From Anthoceros angustus (lineage: Eukaryota; Plantae; Anthocerotophyta), in the NCBI GenBank assembly GCA_010909165.1, contig MU008188.1:620001-684000 (forward strand): a stretch of 64,000 bases of DNA, given 5' to 3'. The position numbers were made by a program, and so were the translations under genes. This document shows positions 1 through 12,780 of this stretch, piece by piece; position 1 is the stretch's first letter, and the number at the start of each line of letters is the position of its first letter. The notes below the pieces were generated by a model, which worked only from the letters and a program-made list of their open reading frames with translations, ran no database searches and had not been told where the DNA came from.

Positions 1-24
1 GCAGTTTTGTGTATTATCTTTCAG

Positions 25-2146
25 GTGGCCACCTCACGAGTTCGATCTCGCATCATTTGGGCTCTTGCCGAGCATTTCGACCTAGAAAGTCTGGATCCTC
101 TTCTGGCCGATGATCCTGAGGATCCTCTAAATATCCTCGTTGACAACATCCATAAAGTGTTGTTTAATGTGGATGGTGCTATGAGTGCTGCCACAAACAG
201 GCTTCAGGATGTCCAGGCAGCCCTTCTCTGTGCGCGACATCTGGGTTCACAAAATCTGCGTGCATTGCAGCTGCTGACAAAGGAAGTGGACGATTTTAGG
301 AGTAGCAACTTGGCTGATGCGGTAAACAAGCACCAGTGTCGGCTCATATTGCAAGTTTTCCGCTACATATCCAAACATCCTGAGTCTAGGTGAGCTGGTA
401 TACTCATTGCTTGCTGTCAGTAGGTGCCGTAGTGTGTTGGGGTGAGACACTTTTGAGGGCATAGTTATGCTGACACATGTTATGCTTACTCCTAACTTGC
501 CACCACCAGGTGGATTGGAGTGGCTCCTGCTAGTGGTGATTATCCTTTCAGCCACCACAAGCTGTCTGTGCAGTATTTCGATGCATCTGCAGCTCAAGAT
601 CGAAAGCTGGAAGATCTTGTTCATACTGCTGTTGAGGAACTCTGGAGACCACGACCTACAGAGCTTGAACTCGTCACAAGCAAAAATCCTGCCTTAGCAC
701 AGTACAGGGCTCCTCCAAGGGTGCAGACGATGTCAGGCAGCAGTGACCCATGCTATATCGAATCTTACCATTTGACTAATGCAACTGACCGAAGGTTGAC
801 ATTACATCTGAAGGTACGCGGTGGTCGGAACTGGGCACGTCAGTGTTGTGCTGTTTGATATGTAGCTCGTTTCACAATGTGGGTAAATGATCAGGTAATC
901 AACATGACAGAGCTGGAACTTGGCCGGGTTGACATACGTGTTGGACTTGGTGGTTCTCTAAGCTTCATGGATTCTGGAGTCCAAGCTATCCGGGAGCTGC
1001 ATAAGCTTCCTTCACAGGCATGTTTTATGGGCGGAAAAGTAGCAAGTGAAGTTTCTCGCTTGTTTCTTTTGAGTGGGGTATTTTGGTGCTCATACTCAAC
1101 TTCTTGTTACGCAGGATCCAATCCTCTGTAGTGTGACCGTTGGAGTATCAAAGTTTGAGCACTGTTCTCTTTATGTGCAAGTACTGCACTATCCTTACCA
1201 TGGCTCAGGCAACACAGGTGCTGATGAGGGTCTGTCTGCGGAGGATGATGGTTTGCAAGGAGTTCGGCTCAGGAGAAGCATTCGGCCAGAGTTTGGTGAG
1301 CCTGTGGTGCTCAGGTGTCGACCTTACAGAATCCCACTCAATGAGCTTCTGTTGCCAAGGAAGTGCTCACCAGTCGAATTTTTCCACATCTGGCCAAGTT
1401 TGCCGGCGGTTGTGGAGTTTACAGGGGCTTATAACTATAAGAGTAGTTTGATTAAGTCGTCTGCATGGGACACTGATAGTCCACATTTTCTCATTGGGTT
1501 GAAGGCCTTTGCATCTAAGCCGTTTCACAAAGTCTGTTCGCACGTCCTACGGTCCGTTGGTGGTTTCCAGGTAATGTACTTCTATAGCAAAATGTTTTGA
1601 GGTACTGTTGCCTTTGCCTGCAATTTGTGGAGTAAGATGGTTGTTGATGGCTGTGCGGGTTATTGTGCCTCACAGACTTGCTATGCTGCCACAACATGGT
1701 ATGGCGATTTCCTTGGGATGCTAATTTTTGGGGCCAGCGAAGTGAGCGGAGGCGTGGACTTAGGGGACGAGAACAGAAGAATGCTCTGCAGATTTGTGCT
1801 TGGTGCCTCGTCCTCAGCCATTCTGGATGAGATTATGCTGGATCCGCAACTTTGGTTGGATGATTTGAGTGAAGACGCGTTGCACGTAATTCCAGAGGCA
1901 GACGTCCAGTTGGCTGCAGACGAGAAACTTCGAAAGTTGAATGAGCGACATGCCCTTCCCAAGTTAGCAGGACCCTCTCCCGTCGTAGAGGTACAGGAGT
2001 CTCTTGTTCCTGGCATGGACCAGCCTTCTGAACCTTCGACTTTGACATCTTTCAAGGCGGACGAGATGGAACATAGAGCTTTGCAGGCGGCTGTGTTGGA
2101 GCAATGGGAAACCTTTCAACAAGTGCAACCTGTTGTGGCTGCTTAG
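25..2146 (+). CDS. TPLATE: TPLATE (core subunit of the TPLATE/TSET endocytic adaptor complex), 3' exons; the gene starts upstream of the window
   Basis: Exons 25-389, 510-813, 895-1017, 1115-1570 and 1676-2146 join in frame. The peptide has TPLATE motifs IWALAEHFDLESLDPLLADDPEDPLNI, GDYPFSHHKLSVQYF, GSSDPCYIESYHL, SPVEFFHIWPSLPA, SKPFHKVCSH and EHRALQAAVLEQW. Confidence 0.96.
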
Positions 2147-2787
2147 GCCTGCGAGGCTCAGCTTTCCATTTCGCGTAATTGCTCACTGACAATCCCATCA
2201 GTTCCATTGGAAAAGCACGTTTGCCCCGCGCTCTCCTGAAGTCACTGATTGCGCTGCGAACGGTGGAAGACGTACATACAAGGCAGAGAGTCTCCTTGCG
2301 AACCCCACACCTGTTCACTGTGAACAGGTAATGTCTTCACCATTTAACTTTTTTGTCTCTGTCCCGACATCCAGTATATGTATGTACATATGTATATGCA
2401 TATGTCTGTATGTAGGCATGTACTGAAGTTGACCAAACTGTTGAACTCAGTTTGAACACTATTCGTCCAGATACATACTGTGCGTATTGTGGAAGTGGTC
2501 CAACGGCTAGTGAGCTTACCCCAACGTCTACATACTTGAATTGTGCCCCTTTCTCTGCGTCTCAGCGTTCCTGCTACACTGCGCGTATCGACCTTGTTTC
2601 ACTATGTGCTGCTGCTGCATTCTCTGCGACATGGTCATGTGGTGGGCATTCTGGGCTGTTTCTTATGCCAATGCTTTAATCCCTCGTAGCCGGGTTAGGT
2701 GTCCACACAGGCGGTAGGAGGGCCCCATCCATTGCAACTTCAAGAACACAGCGTCGCAATTTGAGGGATCAAAGCTACGAGCTTGAC

Positions 2788-5336
2788 ATGGATAGGCAAG
2801 AGCTGCTCTTTCAAGCTACCGAAAGCGAGTTTGTGAAGGACGAATTCTACGAGGACTTCCAAGCGCCCAAATTTTACGACTTCTGTATTCCTCACCAATC
2901 TGTGGACGCCGATAGCTGGTTTCGCGTCACATCTTCACAGTCTGGTAAGTGGAGTCCCACTCTCACTCCTTCCTGCATTCACTTGTGAGCGATACTCAGA
3001 ATATGCATCATCTGTTGCACTGTACCAACTTTCTGCTTCGGTGTGATTCACAGGTGCGCTGAATAATGTCGCACCAGAGACACCAGAAGCAGAGGCCGAA
3101 GTTGCGGAGCGTGAGGCCCCCGCAGGAAAGGAGGAGGTGGTGATGGAGTTGGCTACGTCAGCACCACGGGATAGCCAGGCACAGGAGAATCTTTCAAGCC
3201 TGTTCGACAAGCTGTTGCTTCTGCCTAACAGCAATTCTTCTCAACCATCGGGTGATGATGGAGAAGAATTGCCAGCCGGAGTGAAAACGTTGGTGGAAGC
3301 ACCTAGCATTTCCGAAGCTCCTCCCAAAGTGATGGACAGTCCGAGAGACGAGCTCAAGTGCGTAGGACCAGATGCCGACAAAACTGACAATTGCATGTCT
3401 CTTCACCCACCTTGCAAGCAACAAAACAGCAGGAAAAGGTCTCCGATTTCATCCTTGTCTTTACTGGCCTAACCTCCCAGAATGTCTCTTACACTCGTGT
3501 TCTGCCTGGGCCGTGCAGAAAGAGCAGCAAAGTCATGGCCGCTGGGAACCTGGCTGCTGCTCCTTCAGGTCAGGACTTGGTCCGTGATGTTCGAAGCAAC
3601 CAACCAAGCAAGGTGAGATGATTCAATCCTCTTAAGCAACATCCCGTTAGATGCTCTACACAAATTGAAGCCCTGGCCTGCCCTCAACTGGATCAATGTT
3701 CCCCATTCTGCCAAGCCATAAACTAAGGTACTTGGGTTGCTGGTTGAAGGTCAAAGGTGCCCTTAAGAAGCTGTCAGGAGCGGGCAAATCTGGATCGCGA
3801 ATCAACGAGGTCACCTCAGTCAGGCGACATCCTGGGTGCTCTGTCGGACAACACAAAAAGCTCAAAACGACCTGTCCTCAACCATTCCGGCTTCTTACAG
3901 AGGTTTGCGTCATTCAATGCTAATGGTGACGCCGGTGGCCTGCTGGGCGAGTTTGCGCGATAACATGCCTGCGTGAACAGGAGAGATTGAAGTGATATTG
4001 ATGTTTTGATGCAGGAACGAGGTGCCATTAAGGAGCTTGAGTTTAGTAAGAAGATGGAACAGTACAACAGTAGTAAAGACAACTTGCAACTACCTTCTTC
4101 ATTCTCCTCCACAGCTAATACTGCCTGGGTGAGTCCAGTAGGATTGGATAAACCCTCCTCCTGGTTGTTGCTCTCCTCTATGATGATGTCGCTTAACTCG
4201 TTGTTCGTTTAATCGGGTTCAATTCTCGCAGCAGTCTTAATCCTGTTGGTTTGGTTAGGGTGGAGTCAGGACCTGGAAACCTGTTTTAAAGGGCATGGTG
4301 AAAGATCTAAAGCGACCCTTGGAGCAAAGTTTGCAGTTTCATGGACGGATTGCTGGGCAACCACAAGGGAAGGCTCAGGTTGGAATCGTCCTCATGTAGC
4401 GGGCAACAGAAGAATTTACTTGGTGATTTTCCAATGGAATCCACGATAATAGTAGGCTAATTAGAGTTTCCACTTTGCCTTTGCAGTTGGACAAATTAGG
4501 GGAGGAGATGCAAGTCAAAGAGAAGGTATGTTGATTGAATCCCATATCATTGTTCCCTGATGCAGCGGTGTTCATAATGTTGAAAACGTTCCTAACTACT
4601 TAGTGGCTAGTTGTTGCAACAGGAGAGAGAACCATTTAAGGAGATCCAAGGCAACACAAAGGTGAATATCACGAGCGCTGTCTGCAGAAAATTGGGCAAA
4701 GAGCCTGCGAAAAGAGGATCTCAGGAGTGTGAGAAAACTGAGGAGGTATTGTTACTTGTCAAATACGTGTCGATACTCCCTTCCGGTAAGGACATGATGA
4801 TGCTAATTTGTTGGTTTCCAGGAAAGAGGTGCTTTGAAAGAAATAAAACACAATTGGACGACTGCTAGTTGTGCACTCAATCAGCAAGGACACATTCTCT
4901 CTTCCGCGTGCAGTATTTTGGCCGGAAAAGTTCGTCAGGTACGCGAGAGGGCTAGCTTAGAGTTTGTTGTGGTTCCCGGCAGCAAGCCAGATTGAGCGGT
5001 GCTTGGCGTAGAAGGCCCAGCTGAACTTGGAATTGGACGAAACGCGGATGGGGTGCATATTACTAAACTATCGCATTGCTGCAGTTGGTCGGACGTGTGG
5101 ACAAGACGAATGTATGCCTTCCTCCCCAAACTCGTAGGTAAAGTATCAATGCTAAGAATTATATCCTAAGAAATATAATGCTTAGTCATTGAGGGTCTGT
5201 TATCTGTGCTGTAACTGCGTGAGTTGCACCGTGCAGATCTACCAAGAAACTGACAATTCCACAAGCCCCCAGTTTCCACTCGTCGAGAGGCAAACGAGAG
5301 TGCGCAAAAAAGGAACCGCGACCGAAAAGGGACTAA
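2788..5336 (+). CDS. TPX2-like microtubule-associated protein (multi-exon; internal exon boundaries not all resolved)
   Basis: ATG at 2788. N-terminal DEFYEDFQAPKFYDF...SWF motif; spliced KTTCPQPFRLLTE|ERGAIKE motif; last exon reads RSTKKLTIPQAPSFH...* (TAA ends 5336). These short motifs are typical of plant TPX2-related proteins. GT-AG introns throughout. Confidence 0.7.
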
Positions 5337-6628
5337 AGCAAGGGCAACTGTTCCTCCCCATCGCTACAGTCGTGCCGGCTGCCATCGTTATTGACAAGCC
5401 CGCTGTACCAATGTCTAAACTTTTCTGCCATTTCCATTTCACAAACAAGATTGACATGACCACGTTTCGGAAAGACGCATTTGTCGAGTTCCGTCAATTC
5501 TGGTTTGATTGATATCCAGCGAGTTATCAAACAGTTTGAAACCACACGGTAATACTGACAAACTCCCTCTATAACTCTTGATAAACGTGATATGTATTTG
5601 TTTGCGTCCCATCGCCGATGCACAAACCAACTCTCATCAAGCCCATCTCGTCCAGCTTTGTGTCAAGCAAACATTTCACATTTAGCGTCGTGCCGTGCAC
5701 GATGGTTATGCAACGGCAGTTGAACTCCTGATTGTGAACAACGTTCATTGGGAACCTTGTCTTGACAAGACACAGATATAACATCGCTTCTGCTGCTCAT
5801 TACGAAAGTCCACACGTCCCTCGAATCAGGCAGTGCATAAAGCTCATCCTGCCAGCTGAGGACAAAAAAGTGCACCGCTCAAACCACCCCCCTGACCTCC
5901 ACCCTGTGATCAAAAGAAGATCCACCAAGTTCACCTCAAATTTCATGAGCCTCGGCCGATGGCTTAGAGACTCTTCGCGGACCCACTTCCCAGCCAATCG
6001 ATTATGCACACCTTATCAGCCAACTCCAAGGAAGCTTGAACTCACAAGCCAAAAGATAAGACTCTAAATTCTCAAGCAAGCATCAACTAACCTTCATTTT
6101 CTGAATGAAAGTGCTGAAAGATGAGAAGATAGCAACGAGGAGAGCACGTACACGCCTCTTTACAAGGCCACTGGCTACAATGAATAGTGCGTGGGCACAT
6201 TCTGAGGTATTCTTTGCTGCAATCAAACGACTCAGATAATCAATCTTCTGATAAGCTAATTAAGCATTCAGGACTTTGCTTTGGCAAGTGCGATGTCATT
6301 GACCAGTAGCAGTTGCTTGGACATGGTCTTGATGCTCACAAGAGGCAATTTGAAATGAAACATCTTAAGTCTCACAAAATCCAAGCACATACAACTCACC
6401 TTGCGCCGCAGAAGCCCAATCCTACACCCTCACACAACTCAGCTTGCATCAACGTTCTCTTCTCCCCCAACAATGGCACTGCAAGATTACAAGCTACATA
6501 AGACCCCTTGCGATTTCGAGTGAGCCAGATCATGTGCACACCAAATGCTCACCACCTGATAGCTTGCCACAATCATGCACCAGCCATGACATACATATCG
6601 GGACTTCCTGCGCCACCTGCCACCACGT

Positions 6629-9600
6629 TTACCACTCTGTCACTTCTTCAACATATGCTGGTGATACTATCTCCATGGTCAGGAAGGCTTGACAATACAG
6701 TTCTGATGATGCTGTGAAAGCTGGCGTCCATTGCAAGCGAAAATGAGTCCCAAACATCAGCACAACACACATGTGCACCTGGACTTAAGACCATCACAGA
6801 ATTTGATGAAGTAGCCACAAGATCCGATACCGGACGATTTGTGAAAAGTACCTGTGAGACTGCACATATCCAAATTCAATCAATGACCAGACGAAGCTAG
6901 TCATAAAGACCTCCTATGACACACAGCTTGTTTAGCCCCCAACCGCAAACACTAAAAGCGATAAGAGAGCACACCAGAAAGCTCTAGGTGGCTGTCTGAA
7001 ACAGCAGAAATGCCCTCTCCCCCCCGTCCATCAAATCTGCAGTCCATGGGGAGTGAGACCATGTGCACAGTATGACCACCATCAGCCAGCCAGAGTCTCC
7101 TGCCTGCACCAATTCCAAGCCCAACTAGTAAAACCAAACTCAGCAAAAACTGTCTAAAGCAATGCATTGTGCACCCAAAGAAAAAAGTTCAACAAATCCG
7201 ACACTTCGTAGCGTGGACAATCAATCCAAAGATGTGCCAGAAAGAAAGAAAAAGCTCCATATCAGTTCTCAACTAGACAACTTACTGGACGATGCCCCTG
7301 CCTGTGACGACAGTGGGAGCACTGCAATCGACGAAACACTCAGAGAGGTCTTCAGTGGCCTTATTCTCAAATCACATCCATCCAGTCTCTCACGAGTCAT
7401 TCCTATGTTCTGCAGTGTCATAAGGTGCAACTTTCCAGACGAGTCCAGGACAATGAATTTTTTGGCACAAAGAGCTTGGATGTCGACCACCTGAGACTTC
7501 GCATGCATCCTAAAAGACAGACCCTCCTTTACAGCTGAACCAGCTAAAGCCACAAACCAATGGGCCACTTGCAATGCTGTTTGGTTTTGTTCACCACAAA
7601 AAGGACTTTCCAATTGTCGCAGCGGAGCGAGGCCCATCTCATGAGTTGCTCTACAAGCATGGCCTCCAAGTACAATCATTCTCCGGCCACTTTGAGGTAA
7701 GTAACCATTTTTCCTGTCATCAAGTGTTTTCAAACAATGATACCCTTGAGCATGACCTGAAAAAGTGAAACATAAGACACACGACTCAGGTTGCAACACA
7801 AGCTCATGAAAACCAACAAGCTGGTCATCGTTCACCAAGTCCAATGCACACACCCTGGAGATGATAATGCTCATACAACTAACTGGCCCACTTCACAAAC
7901 ATAGCATCAGCTGACAAATAACTTCGAAAGGTTGAGCACCCTGAATCAGAGCTTTGTGATGTGCACAGGTGACAATGGCGAATCAACAGCCAGAAATCTT
8001 ACTGCTTGTTTCAAAAGTGAGACCGTTGTCCACACCGCATCCGGTCAAAGAAGCAGATGATCGAGCAATTTTCTCAGAACCTCTGCCGGAAAGATGGCCA
8101 TTAAGTTCCTGAGCACCATCAGATTCCAAACTCTCTCTCACCTCTGGTCTGTTTCCAGCTATGAAGTCTTCCAACACGTATGCAACAGCACCTCCAGAAT
8201 CTTGGTGCTTGGAAACCACGCTTGGATGTTCCTCACACTGAAAACTTCCGGACAAGGACACCAGTTGTTCATCATCCAACTTTCTCTGTGAACCGATGAC
8301 TATCCTAAGCTCAGAAATTCCATTTCTATGTCCAGACTTCGTTGTTAGCTGAGAACTCACTTCAACTCTGTCTGTAGTCTCCACAGCTGGCCATCCCGTA
8401 TCCTCTGGCATATGACTGTTGCTTTCCTGAAAACAGTCATCCCTGTGCTTGTCACAATTGCTACCAGCTTCCTGGTCATCCACAACCTGACCAAACCCTG
8501 AGTCTACAAGACCTGCGGAAGTCCTTGATATGTTATGATCCAAGAGATACACTCCATCTTTGAACCTTGTGCTCTCTCTCTGCTTTCCTACTTTTTTCTT
8601 GGGTTTCAGTAGAGGAAGCAAGGGGAACACCCTAATCCCTTCGGCCTCTCCAAGCAGCATGTGCTGCATTGACAGATGTAAGGAGTAGACAGGTCTGTTG
8701 CAATCAACAACTGCACACCTCACCAGCTGCAGGCAAGCCTGCTTTCCGACACCCACCTGCTTCGCCCCTTCCCCAGAACTTTGGAGCACTTCCTTGGACT
8801 CTGTCCGACAGGACCCTTTCGAAAATTTTGTTGTGGTAAGAGTGTCAGCGCGCATCTGATTCATGCGGGTATTCCCCGCAGCAGAACTTGCCTCCACGAC
8901 CTTTGCCCCCATAATCCAAACTTTTCCTAGTCCATTGCCAGGAGAAAAATAAAAGGGTAAGACATGCACTTGGTGTAACATTGCACTCTGGCCAAATATC
9001 CAAAGCGAGAAGGCGCAAAACAAACAACAACTAAACCACATACACCCGCCGTCATATATCACATGAAGGTATCTCAAACAACGGAACATTTCAAAGAAGG
9101 CAACGTCGTAGGGCGCGCATAGCCAAAGATGGGAAGGGAAACATTTGCTCAGCAACCAGAAGGCCAGGTAGTGCTCCAACGAAAAAATGCATTCATCTAC
9201 CTGAATCCGGTCAGATCTAACCGGCAAGAAACCTAAGACGAGGGATACTAGGGACTACAACCAAGAGCGTAATGACCCAAATGCGAAAAGGGGACGCGAA
9301 GCCAGGGAGACACACCTGCAACCACGGAGTATATCGCGACGACGTTTACAGAAGCCGCCAGCTTCACGTTCATTCCGTGAGGAACATCCAGGCGTGCCAC
9401 CTTGCGTGACACTGAACTCGGCCCACGATCGCTCCTATCCATTCTGTTCTCAGAGAGCTTAGCAGAAGCCACTTCTGTGCGAACAGCAGAGAACCCAGGA
9501 GGCTCGCAGTGCCAGGCCATGAGATCAATGCAGGAACCACCTCTTCCTGGACGTGTTGCTACGAAGAAGACTTGACTTCTCTGAGCATCTGTTAGGGGCC

Positions 9601-10084
9601 TATCAGACCAGTTAGGAGGTCTCGGAACTTCCTCCAAATCGTTCCCTCGAGCCAGCACTTTGTAAGAGTCATCCCTTGCAGCTCCGACATCCGAGAATTC
9701 TTCATCCACCACCACAGCGTGCAATCCTACGGAGGCCTCAACTGAAGAACCTGCTTGGATACGCGTTCGGACTGTCGGCTCAACGCCAGAGACAGAGAAA
9801 CCCTTTGCACCCGCCCGGGAAATAACGGGATGACGTGGAGTTGTAGCAGCGGGGGAGGGGTCAAATGACGGCCGTCGGGCCTGCAGGCGTAGGAAGCAAG
9901 CATCGGAACAAGGAGCTGGGATGCGCTCCGTGGAAGAGGCAGGGAAGGAGGGTATGAGGCCGAAGAGAACGGCTGAGGCGTCCGCAAGGAGGAAGGCGAT
10001 GGATTGCGTAGGATGGTCCACCAGGGTCTTCACCACCTGGGTGTGGTGGAGTGCATCTGCTGCACGCAGCCTGTGCGCCTGCAT
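6629..10084 (-). CDS. Conserved uncharacterised land-plant protein, probably beta-propeller-like; 3' end approximate
   Basis: Long minus-strand exons carry LDVPHGMNVKLAASVNVVAIYSV, LVRCAVVDCNRPVYSL...LLGEAEGIRVFPL, IQALCAKKFIVLDSSGKLHL, LWLADGGHTVH and VSQVLFTNRPVSDLV. These resemble a known plant family of unknown function. The last exon and TAA at 6629-6631 are inferred from splice signals only. Confidence 0.75.
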
Positions 10085-10689
10085 CCCATTCCTTCATTCG
10101 CCCGCCCGACGTCGTCGCAATGTTTGTTCCCCTCAAACCAGATCGCTCAAGCCCATGTATATTTTTGTGGACGCTTTTATCTACCTCCGCCTAGATATTC
10201 ATGCCTTGAGGGTGTTTTAACCTTTTCGAGGTAGGTCAAATATTGCTTTTTTTCGTAGGCACTTAGCGTTTTGGGGGGAAGGGGGGGGGTTGGCCTCACC
10301 AGTAGGCGCGGACACCCTTTCAAAGGAAGACTTGGCGGATATTAGCAACCTTTCTTTATTAGCAACTTTGGACACTTGCACTAAACAGCGTTGTGGGGTC
10401 AAGGGGTGAAATGTCACATTGGACACAAATACAAGGACTTCGATCGAACCACCTGGGAGGTGCAGGTGAGGTTTGTTTCTTCTAGTGGGGCTATACATCA
10501 TGCTCTAACTTTGGAAGTATTTGAAAGTAAAAAAATCTACATTAATTATTTATAGATTCTCACAGTTGACTTTCTAGTTGCAGAAATATTTGCGTTTGGA
10601 CGAGATTTTTGAAATGATAAATTTCCTATCTGGATCCTACAACCTCACAAAAAAGAAATATTATTATGAAGAAATTGCCTTGCTCAACG

Positions 10690-11975
10690 ACAGGCGTCCC
10701 TTTCTATTGCATTTGGGGGCACAGGTCTGCTGGCCATGGAGGCCTCAACGTTGGCGACCTTCCTTGGGAGTTGGGCTCTTTCTGCCCCCATCTTCATCGC
10801 TCGTTTCTGTTCCCAACATGTTCCCATCTTGGAGGCCTTTGTCTCGGGTGTTGAGGAGGGGGCCTTCCCTTTGTAGGCTTCCCCCTTCAACACACTTGAA
10901 GGTCCCCAGCCCGATAATGTCTCCAAGGATAATCTGTAGATCATAATTCCGCAAGCTTAATAAAAAAGTTGGGGAGGGAGCCACAATCTTGGTGAGGTAA
11001 CCCGACTGATGCGCGAAGCCGAATGAAAGGATGCCAAATGCCACTTAAGGGTCCTTTAATAAAGATAGGTCACCAACGTGGGTCAAATCCTCCTTCAAAG
11101 CCTCATCCACAAAGCCCTGAGCAAAGGCCGGAGGTCCCACGGGGACCCCCAAGACGCGAAGTCCCTGCGAAGGAACTATGTCCCCCCAAGGAAATTGAAG
11201 AGAGGGAGTTTTGTCTTGACAGGGCGGTCTTTAGTAGGGCTCCTACCACTGCCCCACGGCTTTCTTCGGATGGTTTGTTTGGGACAGTCTATGATTAGCT
11301 TCGGGATTACTTTGCTCCCGAGGATCCTTCTAGTGGTTTCTCGGAGTTCTTCATTCAGGCGGCGGTAGTGGCTAGGGGTGAGACTCCTCAACAAATCTCT
11401 CGGGTGATGGGGGCCAACAGGTTACTGGCTATGAAGAAGCTCACGCCTGGGGTGCGCCTTGTTACCGTTGGGGAAGCATTCTTACGCTTCATAGGTCGCA
11501 GCATTGCTATCCAACTTCGGGAGCAGGTCCAGGCGCATCTTTGCCCCCACCAGATTGGATTGCCACTTCGAGGGGTTGTAAGTCGGCCGCATTTAGTATC
11601 GCGGCGGTTCTAGAGTCACATCAAGATTGGGTCACCTTGCAGGTGAATGTCGAGAACGCTTGCAACACGGTCTCTAGGACGGCAATTTTTACAAAGCTCA
11701 AGGATGCAAGCGAGCACCTTGCAAGTCTTATTCCTTTCGTCCGCTCTATCTATGGTTCTCCGTCTACCCTCTTCTTTCAGCACGGACCATCTAAGGAAGG
11801 TCTTACTGTGCTGGACTCGGTGACCGACACGGGACAGGGGGATCCCTTGGGAGGTGCCCTCTTGGCCATTGTGCACTTCTAGGCCCTGGTCATTACTACC
11901 GGCGCAGTCGGAGAGTGTCTCTTTGCGTCCATGGCGGACGACACTCATATCTTAGGACACCGGGGCAAGTGCAAG
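10690..11975 (+). mobile_element. Degenerate CRE-clade non-LTR retrotransposon, reverse transcriptase part
   Basis: RT motifs LLAMKK..GVRLVTVGEAFLR, LCPHQIG, LQVNVENACNTVSR, FVRSIYGSPSTLFF, GQGDPLGGAL and MADDTHILG, with stops and frameshifts. Confidence 0.85.
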
Positions 11976-12394
11976 CACCTCGGGAGACGCCGAAAAAGGT
12001 GCGGTCTTGGAAAGCGCACTTCGAACAGGATGATCCAATTGCATTCGCAACCACTGGTAGGACTCTAGGAGCGGGCTGAGCTCGACCGTTCTCGGCCGTG
12101 ATGCCCCTCCGCGCGTCCATTCCCTAATACATCTTTGCTTGACCGATGTCGGCGTTCGAGGACTTATCTTTGGTCCGCCGTCACCACGATTTAGCGAGGA
12201 TTTGCAAGCTCATGACTTGCCGTGAAACACCGCTAACGTGACCTAGTGACCATCCGAGCTGATGATCACATGTAAGCCATGTGGTGGCTAACCTAACCTT
12301 GGTGCGCTTAACTAACTATATCCTAGCCTTCTTATTATCTAGGTAATAAATGAGCAGCTGATATTCTATGTCCTACTCTGGGCATGTGTCGAAC

Positions 12395-12780
12395 ACAGCC
12401 GGCACTTCAGCTTGTCAGCACTCCAGTTGGACAGCAAGCCAGGTGGGACCCTGAGTTGTCGAGGGGGCCCCACAACTGCAGGCTACGAGAGAATAGGCCA
12501 GAGGCTGGACCAAACCTAGGCGGAACCTCATCATAGTAGAAAAAGAAGTTGATGCGATTCGGAACGCCTAGATGTAAGGCCGAGCTAGAAGCCAAGAGCT
12601 TGCTCCCTTCCCCGAGCAAGAGCGGATGCAGGCATGAACACGGGGAATAGTAGAGTCCAAAAGGATTGCCCGCTGCGCCTGCCCGTACCTGGAGACAGGC
12701 CAGAAGGCCACGTAGCCCTTCCATGAAAAACGAGGAAAAGGGAGGCATGGCCACCCTGGCCAACTTAATCTGTCTCAACT
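12395..12780 (-). mobile_element. CRE-clade LINE C-terminal fragment (Zn-knuckle region), inverted relative to the RT fragment
   Basis: Minus strand reads IRSCSGKGASSWLLARP...FSTMMRFRLGL...CSCGAP(L)DNSGSHLACCPTG across a stop and a frameshift. This is the block that precedes the restriction-like endonuclease in CRE elements. Confidence 0.75.

Noticed and set aside
2374-2422. TA/TG-rich simple repeat
   Set aside because: Ordinary low-complexity tract in a probable 3' UTR intron.
5189-5512. 107-aa ORF as the last exon of the TPX2-like gene
   Set aside because: A different frame gives the family motif LTIPQAPSFH and stops at 5336.
7983-9227. Single 414-aa ORF as a separate gene
   Set aside because: Its N-terminal part reads through intron-like sequence; the rest is an exon of the 6629-10084 gene.
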